A stretch of 32,000 bases of DNA from Candidatus Iainarchaeum sp. Lineage in GTDB: Archaea > Iainarchaeota > Iainarchaeia > Iainarchaeales > JAZDEL01. Under the pieces are notes generated by a model. The model was not told where the DNA came from. It was given only the letters and a program-made list of their open reading frames with translations, and did no database searches. Made by a program: the position numbers and the translations under genes. Each line of letters starts with the position of its first letter. Position 1 is the stretch's first letter. Location: the NCBI GenBank assembly GCA_043808785.1, contig JAZDEL010000002.1:1-32000 (forward strand). Reading direction: 5' to 3'. This document shows, one piece after another, positions 1 through 7,558 of this stretch.

Positions 1-132
1 AATCACTGCAGGCCCCACAGGAGCCTGCAGGGCAAGACGCCTGCAGAGGTCTACAACGAGTTCCACAGGCTGTTGTTTTTTAACAGGAAATGGGCCAAAA
101 CACTGAGGGATAAAAGCGGCAATATGTCATGA
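1..132 (+). mobile_element. 3' end of a DDE (rve/integrase-core type) transposase gene, truncated by the window edge
   Basis: Frame 1 reads NHCRPHRSLQGKTPAEVYNEFHRLLFFNRKWAKTLRDKSGNMS* (stop at 130-132). The RPH-SL-GKTP-E-Y block is the conserved C-terminal signature of IS3/IS481-like integrase-type transposases. Only 43 codons are visible and no terminal inverted repeat can be assigned. Confidence 0.5.
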
Positions 133-211
133 ACCCATACACGTTTTGCCTTTCGGGCACAAACAAGGCAGGCACGCCAAATTAAGAAATCGTACAGGGT
201 TGGTTTTATTG

Positions 212-610
212 CTACCCGCCTATGCCTGTGAAACCGTCTGAAGGGTCGGGTGTCTCAACAATATTGGCTTCTGAGACGCATTTGCATGTTCCGAGGTCGC
301 ATTTTGGGAAATCCGGGTTAGTGCACATACTATCTGCATCGCAATCGTGGTCAGGGTTTAATGCAGGGTCACAACTGCTAAACTCCGGGGGGTATGTTCC
401 TATTGGGGGGTTAGTCACGAGCTCGCCTCCAGTGCCCCCCGTCCCGGCAGCAGCCTCCATATTCGTAATCCCCGTCTGCACGATATCGTTAACCTCCCCG
501 CCCGTGCTTTTCCCAAGCCCGAGTATAAGCACAATAACAACAACGGCAACAAGCACCGCGCCGCCTATGAGAAGGAGGTACTCCAAAGCGCCCTGGCCTT
601 TCGAGTTCAT
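212..610 (-). CDS. Archaeal type IV pilin-like protein (class III signal peptide) with a Cys-rich C-terminal head
   Basis: The N-terminus MNSKGQGALEYLLLIGGAVLVAVVVIVLILGLG matches the archaeal prepilin motif (K-G/Q-x-x-x-E-Y-L-L-L-I followed by a hydrophobic helix). A Gly-rich linker follows, then six Cys in CDPALNPDHDCDADSMCTNPDFPKCDLGTCKC. The stop is TAG. An A/T-rich box (gcatatatctg, 627-637) lies just upstream. Confidence 0.85.
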   Translation of the reverse strand: MNSKGQGALEYLLLIGGAVLVAVVVIVLILGLGKSTGGEVNDIVQTGITNMEAAAGTGGTGGELVTNPPIGTYPPEFSSCDPALNPDHDCDADSMCTNPDFPKCDLGTCKCVSEANIVETPDPSDGFTGIGG

Positions 611-846
611 TTTTACCGTTCAGATATATGCAAACCACGTATTTAATTGTTTCGCCTTCGGGTTTCGCCTTTGCCGCGGGCATGCAAGCCCGCAAAAAAA
701 CAAAAACCGCAAAAGCGCGACCTCAAAAAAAAACAAAAACCCCGAACCGCGAACCCGCGGTTGTTTTTGGTTTGTTTTTTATTTTCCGTTTTTGCGCTTC
801 GGTTTTGCGTTTCCAGCATATCCTGCGCAAAAGCCCAATTGAAACC

Positions 847-862
847 TTTTTATTATATAAAG
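847..862 (+). promoter_or_regulatory. TATA-like box for the 890-7249 surface-protein operon
   Basis: The sequence tttttattatataaag is centred about 35 nt upstream of the ATG at 890. It is the only strong A/T box in the 280-nt divergent intergenic region on this side. Confidence 0.5.
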
Positions 863-889
863 ATGCAATTATATGGAAAAAGGCCGGTT

Positions 890-1963
890 ATGATGAAAGC
901 AAAACCCTTCCTGCTCGCAGCGCTGCTGCTGGTTCTCCTCTGCACATCCATATATGCGGTTGTGCCGAATTACCTGCGCGTGCAGGGCAAGATTTCGGAT
1001 GCAAGCGCATACTTCACAGGGGCGCAGGATGTAGAATTCCGCATTTATTCAAGCGAGTCCGGCCCCAACGCATCATACCTCGAACAGCACACAGGCCTTA
1101 ACCCTGTGCCCTTTTCCAACGGCTGGTTTGACGTGAACCTCGGTTTGTTAACCCCCCTTGACCTGAACTTCCGCTCCTCGCAGTACACGCCCTCCCAATA
1201 TTACCTCGGAATAACGGTTGGAACCGACGGCGAAATGGCGCCCCGCCTCCCGATACGCTCCTCGCCCTTCTGCTTCTCAACAAACGCCGCATATGATTTG
1301 AACTGCACGAACTGCATAGAGGATGCGGACATAGCAAACAACCTCACAATCGTAACCCCGAACGACTTTAATGTCCTCGGCACCCTGGATGTTTACGACC
1401 TTAATGTGCGCACCCTTGCTGTCGGTTCCGCAAACCAGCCCTCAATCGCGGGCGACATCAATATTTCCGGCAACCTTGAAATCGCGCCAGGAAAGAAACT
1501 CGTGATGCCAGGCACGCCCTTCGTTTACTGGATAAGTGCGGCGGAATACACTACACAGGACACAAACAAGCGCGGCGACGGCTTCACCCGCACCTCCTCC
1601 TACCGCACAACGCGCGGCACAATAAAAATAAGGCTCCCGAGCATAGCAAGCAGGTTTAATTCGGATGTTTACTTCGAGGAAATTTCACTTTACTTCTCCG
1701 GCCTCAACGGCGCGGACGCGAACATAGGAAACATTGCCCTTGTGCAGAACAACATGGGTTCGGATGTGAACGGCACAACAACCGCGCTGCGTTACGAGCC
1801 GGACATAGCAAGCGGCACCTCGGTAGACCTGAACAGCACAAACCTCACAGGCATGCCCTATAAGATGCTCGAGTACCCTTACTCCCTGAATGTTTTCATG
1901 AATGTTTCCCCGGGGCAGCAGATAGACCTGCGGTATGTAAAACTGGAGTACAGGATAGGGTGA
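890..1963 (+). CDS. Secreted surface protein, paralog 1 of 3 (unnamed family)
   Basis: The supplied ORF (647-1963) is trimmed to the in-frame ATG at 890 (MMKAKPFLLAALLLVLLCTSIYA, a signal peptide). This gives 357 aa, close to the 365 and 370 aa of its paralogs. It shares with them the blocks VQGK(I/L), F(R/K)IY, H(T/D)G, NG(W/F/Y)F, LG..(T/N)P(L/I).(D)LNF, Y(Y/W)LG(I/V), EM(A/S)PR, C(T/S)(N/S)C, LTI(V/I/A)TPN, AGD(I/L/V)N and a C-terminal LEY(R/H)(I/L)G. Confidence 0.8.
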   Translation: MMKAKPFLLAALLLVLLCTSIYAVVPNYLRVQGKISDASAYFTGAQDVEFRIYSSESGPNASYLEQHTGLNPVPFSNGWFDVNLGLLTPLDLNFRSSQYTPSQYYLGITVGTDGEMAPRLPIRSSPFCFSTNAAYDLNCTNCIEDADIANNLTIVTPNDFNVLGTLDVYDLNVRTLAVGSANQPSIAGDINISGNLEIAPGKKLVMPGTPFVYWISAAEYTTQDTNKRGDGFTRTSSYRTTRGTIKIRLPSIASRFNSDVYFEEISLYFSGLNGADANIGNIALVQNNMGSDVNGTTTALRYEPDIASGTSVDLNSTNLTGMPYKMLEYPYSLNVFMNVSPGQQIDLRYVKLEYRIG

Positions 1964-1967
1964 AAAA

Positions 1968-3065
1968 ATGGGGAAGCAAAGAAGCAGGAGAGTTGCATTC
2001 GCCGCGCTTGCGGCAGCCCTTATCCTGCTCCTCCTCGCAATCTCCGCAAGCGGTTACATAAATTACATAACCGTGCAGGGCAAGCTGAAAAACGGCAGCG
2101 GCTCAGCATATCTCTCGGGCGATTACGGCATGGTTTTCAAAATCTACGCAAGCGAGAACGCCGTAACCCCGCTTTACACCGAATCCCACACAGGCGCGAA
2201 TGCAGTAACCGTGAAGGACGGCTTCTTCAGCGCATCCCTCGGCACAATAACGCCTTTGGACCTTAACTTCCTGCAGAACTACTGGCTGGGCATAACTGTC
2301 GGGGCGGACAGCGAGATGAGCCCCAGGCAGCCTTTCATCCCGCAGCCTTATTCGATGTCCTCGCAGGTTGCGCTGGACGTAACCTGCTCCTCATGCGCAG
2401 GCGATGCCGAGATCGCCAATGCCCTGACGATTATAACGCCCAATGATGTGAACATCCTCGGCAGGGCGAATATTTACGACCTCAACATCGGGCGCACGAT
2501 TTCAGCCGGGGGCGCAAGGGGCACCTCCGCGGGCGACCTTAACATAGGCTCCTACCTGCACCTTGCGAAAACCTCGAAATGCATAATCGGCAGGAACTCC
2601 GCTTCATTGAGTTCCCCGATGCACTTATGGCTCTCCGCGCCCGAAACCCTGAGCAGGAACTCAATTCCCCCGGGGGCGAATGTTTTCGAAACTTCGGTAG
2701 AGGCAACCTCGGACGCAAACCTCTACTTCGCATTCCCCGTGCCTCACGGCGAACTTGGCTCCTCCGCGATTCTCGACAGCATAACAATCCAGTACTACGG
2801 CGCAACAGCAACGGACTACATCGACAGCGTTTACATAGAGCGCATAAACACGGGCACAAGCCTGAGCCTCACGCCCGTGATGAGCTACCACCCGAACATA
2901 ACAAGCGGCACAAGCAAAACCATAACCTCCGCAGACACCCCGAACCTGCCGCTCACCCTCGCCTCTGGCACGCCTTATCTCATAACCGTAGGCGTGGATG
3001 TTTCCCCGGCAACGCCGCAGCCTGTAACCATACACGGCTTCAAACTGGAGTACCACTTAGGGTGA
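1968..3065 (+). CDS. Secreted surface protein, paralog 2 of 3
   Basis: It starts 4 nt after the paralog 1 stop, and an aggGTGA SD overlaps that stop. The N-terminus MGKQRSRRVAFAALAAALILLLLAISASG is a signal peptide. The same conserved blocks as paralog 1 are present. Confidence 0.85.
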   Translation: MGKQRSRRVAFAALAAALILLLLAISASGYINYITVQGKLKNGSGSAYLSGDYGMVFKIYASENAVTPLYTESHTGANAVTVKDGFFSASLGTITPLDLNFLQNYWLGITVGADSEMSPRQPFIPQPYSMSSQVALDVTCSSCAGDAEIANALTIITPNDVNILGRANIYDLNIGRTISAGGARGTSAGDLNIGSYLHLAKTSKCIIGRNSASLSSPMHLWLSAPETLSRNSIPPGANVFETSVEATSDANLYFAFPVPHGELGSSAILDSITIQYYGATATDYIDSVYIERINTGTSLSLTPVMSYHPNITSGTSKTITSADTPNLPLTLASGTPYLITVGVDVSPATPQPVTIHGFKLEYHLG

Positions 3066-3072
3066 TGTGTAA

Positions 3073-4185
3073 ATGGCATGGATGAAAAATAAGGGCGCAA
3101 TTTCCTGCAGGGCAATACTGCAGCCGCTCCTTGTGCTTGCCCTGCTTACCTTGCTCTCAATCCCCATCGCCGCATACATAGGCGAGATGAACGCGCAGGG
3201 CAGGCTCTCCAATTCAACAGGCTTTGTTACAGGCGATTACAACATCGCGTTCACGATTTACAATGCCGAATCAGGGGGAAGCGCGCTCTGGACCGAAATA
3301 CACGACGGCGCAAACAAGGTGGGCGTGAACAACGGCTATTTCAGCACAACCCTCGGAACAATTAACCCTATAGAGGACCTTAACTTCCTGCAGGATTACT
3401 GGCTCGGGGTTAATGTCGAAAACACCGGTTACATGAGCCCGAGGCACAGGTTAACCCCTCTCCCCGGCTGCTTCACCTCGGAAACGGCGCAGGACGTGAA
3501 CTGCTCCTCGTGCATCTCCGACAGCGACGCCGACAACAGCCTCACAATTGCAACCCCGAACCAGGTTACCCTGCTCGGTTCCTCAAACTTCAGGGACACG
3601 AATGCCGTGCACTCACTGCGCACAGGCTCTGCAGCACAGCCCGCATCCGCAGGCGACGTTAACCTCTCAGGCAACCTTGTTATGCAGGCAGGCCAGGAAA
3701 TTGTGATGCCTGACCCCGAGGCAAGCGGGGCCTCAAGCATCTTTGTGGAGGCGGTCACAAACCTCCCGCAGTCCTCGGACGTTAACGGCAACGGAATTTC
3801 AAGGTCTTCGGTATGGCTCACCTCAGGCGGCATACTCCAGCTCGGCATGCCTGTGCATACCCTTGAGTACGGCGCAACACCCGTAATTGACAGGATAAAT
3901 GTTTACGATTACAACATGGGTGCAACTTTCTATGTCGACACAGTGCGCATAGAGAGCGTTAACCCCGACACCGGCACGCCCACAGTGCGCGCGATTTACA
4001 CAACAGACCAGACAAGCGGCACGGAGATAAACATGACCTCCGTAAATACAACAGGCTTCCCTTACAAGATGGTGAACGCGCCGCACCGCCTTGCCCTCGA
4101 TTTCAATGTTGCCGACATTAACCCGCACAGGTTTTACGTTTATGGGTATGAAATTCAGTACCATCTCGCGTACACAAGCAGGTGA
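3073..4185 (+). CDS. Secreted surface protein, paralog 3 of 3
   Basis: It starts 7 nt after the paralog 2 stop, preceded by a GGTGAT SD at 3060-3065. A hydrophobic N-terminal signal is present, along with the same conserved blocks (AQGRL, FTIY, HDG, NGYF, LNFLQDYWLGV, MSPR, CSSC, LTIATPN, AGDVNLSGNL, IQYHL). Confidence 0.85.
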   Translation: MAWMKNKGAISCRAILQPLLVLALLTLLSIPIAAYIGEMNAQGRLSNSTGFVTGDYNIAFTIYNAESGGSALWTEIHDGANKVGVNNGYFSTTLGTINPIEDLNFLQDYWLGVNVENTGYMSPRHRLTPLPGCFTSETAQDVNCSSCISDSDADNSLTIATPNQVTLLGSSNFRDTNAVHSLRTGSAAQPASAGDVNLSGNLVMQAGQEIVMPDPEASGASSIFVEAVTNLPQSSDVNGNGISRSSVWLTSGGILQLGMPVHTLEYGATPVIDRINVYDYNMGATFYVDTVRIESVNPDTGTPTVRAIYTTDQTSGTEINMTSVNTTGFPYKMVNAPHRLALDFNVADINPHRFYVYGYEIQYHLAYTSR

Positions 4186-4192
4186 GTTTTGA

Positions 4193-7100
4193 ATGGGCGG
4201 AATAAGCAAAGTGTGTTTTGTGTTTTTCCCCCTTGCCGTGGCACTTGCCTGCGCCGCACATGCCTCGGTCATGGGCAGCACCAACTACACGATGGAAGCG
4301 GATGTTTTCGCAGGCGGAACCGCAAGCAGCGCAACAGGCTACGACCTCAACGCGTTTTCCGTCGGCGAATTGGTTGCAGGCAACGCCTCCTCAGGCAGGT
4401 ATTTTGCCTATGTCGGGTTCCTGGCAACAGGCGCGGAAAAATGCAACGGCTGGGACGACGACCAGGACGGGAGCATTGACGAGGGCCCGTGGCCCGCGGA
4501 AACCTGCGGCAACGGCGTAGATGATGATTGCGACGGCAGCATTGATGAAGGGGCGTGCGGCACTGTTGCCATTGGCGGCACCGACGGCACGGCTGTGCGC
4601 CCCGCCTCTGGCTGCACATATTCCTGCGCAGGGCAGGAGGTATGCCCTGGCACGGTTTACGCCACAAGCGCGGGCGAGGTTTGCTGCAGCAGGCTGTGCA
4701 TTCCGGCAAGGGACCTGAACTATGCTGATGTGGCAATTACCTCCATGGGGCTCTCAAAGCACAACGCAAGTTCGGGCGACCTTGTGGAGTTCACCATAAA
4801 AATAAGGAACCGCGGCTCCGCAGCCTCAGGAAAGTTTGAAATCGCATTTTACATCCTGCGCGAACCAACGCAGGGAACCGCGGCTTTTTCCCCTGCAGCA
4901 GGCAAGCAAGCATACGCGCTTTTCGCGGATGAAAGCGAATTGGCAACATGGTCCGAGTTCGCCAGGTTCGAGGTTAACTCCCTTGCCCCGGGTGCGGAAA
5001 CAACAATTTCCGCGTCTTTCGACACCACAGGCTACAGCGGAGTCCTCGACTTGGGCGTGATGCTCGATTCTGAAAACTCAATAAGGGAAATAGACGAGGT
5101 CAACAACTGGGCGGACGCAAGCCTTGCAATAAGCGGCGGAATTACGCACCCTGAAATCTGCGGCAACAACATTGACGACGACCAGGACGGAATGGTTGAC
5201 GAGGATTGCACCGAAATCTGCGGCAACCTTATCGATGACGACCTTGACGGCAGGGTAGACGAGGGCTGCACAATCATATGCGACGGCAACATCTCTGGCG
5301 TTCCTCCGCAGCGCGAACTCGAGTGTGCGGCAGGCGGTGAAAAGCGGGCTCTTTTCAGCGACAAATACGTGAACGGCTTCTGCCTCGGCGGATGTGAAAA
5401 AACCCTCACGATTTATGCCGACGGTTCGGTCGGATATATCGAGAACATGTACGGCAATGTAAAGGAAATGCACGCAACCCTTACCTCGCAGGAACTGCAG
5501 CGCTTCAAGAACACAGTTGAAAACAGCGGCTTCCTCGCTCTCGACAAGGATTATTACACCTGCAGGGGCGCGCCAACAGACGCAGGCTCGCACACCTATG
5601 AATACACCAGCGGCGGCACCATAAAGAAAGCGGGCTTCTACTCGGCATGCACCTCGGAAATAGACCTCTCATTCCCGCGCGCATTCGGCATCATAGGCGC
5701 GGAACTCGGCACAATAAGCGGCATGCTTGAGGGCGGCGCCGCGCCCTCTGGAACCTCCCTTGCGGATATTTACGCCTGCACCGCAGATGCGGACTGCACC
5801 AACATACAGGACGGCTGCTGCGACTGCAACTACGGCGGCAGGAACACATCCATAAACAGGCGCTATGTGCAGTGCTGGCTCGAACACCTCGAGCAGGAAT
5901 TCACCTGCAGCGAAGCATTTTGCATAACCATGCCTTCGCTTGACCCGAGCTGTTTTGCGCTTCCAAAATGCGTTAACGGCCTCTGCACGAACGCTTCAGG
6001 TGATGCATGCTCCCGCATCACGCCCGAAACCTGCGGCAACAACATAGATGACGACCTTGACGGAATGGTTGACGAGGATTGCACCGAGGTTTGCACGGAC
6101 GGCATAGACAACGACCTCGACGGCAGGATTGACGAGGGCTGCGGCGAAATCTGCGACGACCATATCGACAACGACCTCGACGGCCTTACGGATGAGGATT
6201 GCTACACAATGCCGGAAATCTGCGGGGACGGGATAGACAACGATTTTGACGGCAGGATAGATGAAGGGTGCGGCGAGATATGCGGCAACAACATAGATGA
6301 CGACCTCGACGGCCTCATTGATGAGGAGTGCTATGAACTGCAGGAAATCTGCGGCAACAACTTGGATGACGACCACGACGGACTTGTGGACGAGCCGCCC
6401 TGCACTGACGGCGTGCCGGACAGCGATGATGACGGCCTTACCGATGAAGTGGAGCGCGGCATAGGCTCCGACCCGTATAATCCCGACACAGACTCAGACA
6501 GCCTGCGCGACGGAAAGGAAATAAACGAAACAGACACTAGCCCCATACTTTTTGACACAGACGAGGATAATGTCGGGGACGGCCAGGAATTCCTGTACGA
6601 CATAACCGACCCGGTAGACCCTATGAGCAACCTGCTCGAGCTTGTGATGAAGCCCGATGTCCCGGTAGGCGGGCAGCAGGAAGTTGGGGTAAAGCACCCC
6701 GCACTTGGCCTTATCCAAGGCATTTCCGCGCAGGTTATTTCCCCGTCCGGCGCGAAGCAGGGCTTCACTGCAGCGGATTCCAAAATAACCTTCACTGTCA
6801 AGGAGGAGGGAGTTTACACAGTGCTTGTAAGCAAGAAGGCATATTCCGCATCTGGCACATTTAATGGCGTGGGCACAGGCCTTGCAATAGGCGGCTATGC
6901 AGGCGACCTTGCCTCGCTTATATTCGGCTCCTCCCTGTTTGAAAACCCGTTGCTTGTCCTGCTCCTCTGCGTACTTTCAATTGCAGCATGCATCCTAGCA
7001 TACAGGAACAGTGCGGTGCTTTTCCGCGGGCGCGGCATGCCGCTTGCGGAAACCGCGGAGAGGAGGGAGAAGCTCAAGCGCGCGGGGGTAGCGGTGTTGT

Positions 7101-7249
7101 TCTTCATCGTGCCGCTGCTCATAAACAGGTTCCTTGACACCGGCTTGGCAATCCTTTTCGCTGTGCTCGAGATAGCGGTGATTTACGCCGCAACCTATAT
7201 GCTGCGCGCAAAAACCCGCGCAATGGAAGAGAAGCCGATAAGGGTTTAA
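4193..7249 (+). CDS. Giant membrane-anchored surface protein with MopE-like Cys/Asp repeats, a CARDB-like domain and thrombospondin type 3-like Asp repeats
   Basis: An aggtga SD lies 7 nt upstream and the N-terminus is a signal peptide (VCFVFFPLAVALACAAHA). About 10 copies of C(G/T/D)(N/D)x(I/V/L)D(D/N)D(x)DGxxDE(x)C occur in three clusters (about 4440-4555, 5155-5270 and 6020-6405). This resembles the 'putative metal-binding motif' repeat of MopE-type proteins. A CARDB-like segment is present (DVAITSM...FTIKIRNRGSAASG...NSLAPGAETTI...EVNNWA). An Asp-rich DSDDDGLTDE...DPYNPDTDSDS...FDTDEDNVGDG run resembles TSP3 calcium-binding repeats. Three C-terminal hydrophobic helices follow. Confidence 0.85.
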   Translation: MGGISKVCFVFFPLAVALACAAHASVMGSTNYTMEADVFAGGTASSATGYDLNAFSVGELVAGNASSGRYFAYVGFLATGAEKCNGWDDDQDGSIDEGPWPAETCGNGVDDDCDGSIDEGACGTVAIGGTDGTAVRPASGCTYSCAGQEVCPGTVYATSAGEVCCSRLCIPARDLNYADVAITSMGLSKHNASSGDLVEFTIKIRNRGSAASGKFEIAFYILREPTQGTAAFSPAAGKQAYALFADESELATWSEFARFEVNSLAPGAETTISASFDTTGYSGVLDLGVMLDSENSIREIDEVNNWADASLAISGGITHPEICGNNIDDDQDGMVDEDCTEICGNLIDDDLDGRVDEGCTIICDGNISGVPPQRELECAAGGEKRALFSDKYVNGFCLGGCEKTLTIYADGSVGYIENMYGNVKEMHATLTSQELQRFKNTVENSGFLALDKDYYTCRGAPTDAGSHTYEYTSGGTIKKAGFYSACTSEIDLSFPRAFGIIGAELGTISGMLEGGAAPSGTSLADIYACTADADCTNIQDGCCDCNYGGRNTSINRRYVQCWLEHLEQEFTCSEAFCITMPSLDPSCFALPKCVNGLCTNASGDACSRITPETCGNNIDDDLDGMVDEDCTEVCTDGIDNDLDGRIDEGCGEICDDHIDNDLDGLTDEDCYTMPEICGDGIDNDFDGRIDEGCGEICGNNIDDDLDGLIDEECYELQEICGNNLDDDHDGLVDEPPCTDGVPDSDDDGLTDEVERGIGSDPYNPDTDSDSLRDGKEINETDTSPILFDTDEDNVGDGQEFLYDITDPVDPMSNLLELVMKPDVPVGGQQEVGVKHPALGLIQGISAQVISPSGAKQGFTAADSKITFTVKEEGVYTVLVSKKAYSASGTFNGVGTGLAIGGYAGDLASLIFGSSLFENPLLVLLLCVLSIAACILAYRNSAVLFRGRGMPLAETAERREKLKRAGVAVLFFIVPLLINRFLDTGLAILFAVLEIAVIYAATYMLRAKTRAMEEKPIRV

Positions 7250-7255
7250 TATTCT

Positions 7256-7549
7256 CTAGGCGGGATATTTCCTTTTGCAGCCGCACTCTTTGCAGGAGAA
7301 CTCTTCAAGCGTGCCCGCCTTTTTCGTTTTCATTTTCGCCTCCCCTGCCCAATATGCCCCGCACTTCCTGCAGAACCTTTTCTTCAGTTCCCTTGGAATG
7401 GGCACGCGGTTCCTCTTTCCTAATTCACGCGCAAGGTGCACATACCTTTTGCTCCTTTCGGGATGCTTTTCGAATTCCTTTTCCGCAAGTTCGAAAAGCC
7501 TGCGCATCCTTTCCAGGGTTATTTCCCGTACAAGCCCCTTTCCCATCAA
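7256..7549 (-). CDS. rnp4: RNase P protein component 4 (Rpr2/Rpp21 family zinc ribbon)
   Basis: The N-terminal helical region ITLERMRRLFELAEKEF..RSKRYVHLARELGKRNRVPIPRELKKRFCRKCGAYW is followed by a second Cys pair (CKECG). This is the layout of archaeal Rpr2. The stop is TAG. Confidence 0.75.
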   Translation of the reverse strand: MMGKGLVREITLERMRRLFELAEKEFEKHPERSKRYVHLARELGKRNRVPIPRELKKRFCRKCGAYWAGEAKMKTKKAGTLEEFSCKECGCKRKYPA

Positions 7550-7558
7550 ACCACCATT

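Noticed and set aside
222-842. 206-aa + strand ORF overlapping the pilin gene in antisense
   Set aside because: It is Pro/Ser-rich low-complexity translation with no start context. It lies opposite a gene with an unmistakable class III signal peptide, so it is a typical shadow ORF of GC-biased coding DNA.
647-889. N-terminal 81-codon extension of paralog 1 in the supplied ORF (start at 647)
   Set aside because: The extension runs through the A-tract/hairpin/T-tract intergenic element and the TATA-like box. The ATG at 890 gives a signal peptide and a length matching the two paralogs.
1968-2060. Twin-arginine (Tat) signal in paralog 2 (SRRVAFAAL)
   Set aside because: Only a loose match to the S/T-R-R-x-F-L-K consensus. 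The two paralogs lack an RR pair, so a Sec-type signal is the simpler reading.
890-4185. Diversity-generating retroelement (template/variable repeat pair) acting on the three paralogs
   Set aside because: No reverse transcriptase is present in the window. I saw no near-identical 100-150-nt repeat pair differing only at adenines. The paralogs are diverged along their whole variable halves.
6020-6405. DNA-level tandem repeat with a period of about 54-60 nt, considered as a satellite or CRISPR-like array
   Set aside because: The periodicity is the coding repeat CGxxIDDDLDGxxDExC of the giant protein. There are no spacers of unique sequence and no leader.
4347-6801. Multiple 70-170-aa ORFs on both strands inside the giant surface-protein gene
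   Set aside because: All are nested in, or antisense to, a continuous 1018-codon frame with recognisable repeats. Their translations are Arg/Pro/Ser-rich or mirror the repeat periodicity.
7247-7258. Convergent stop codons of the giant protein and rnp4 only 6 nt apart
   Set aside because: This is just tight packing typical of a compact genome. No structure or signal is discernible in 6 nt.
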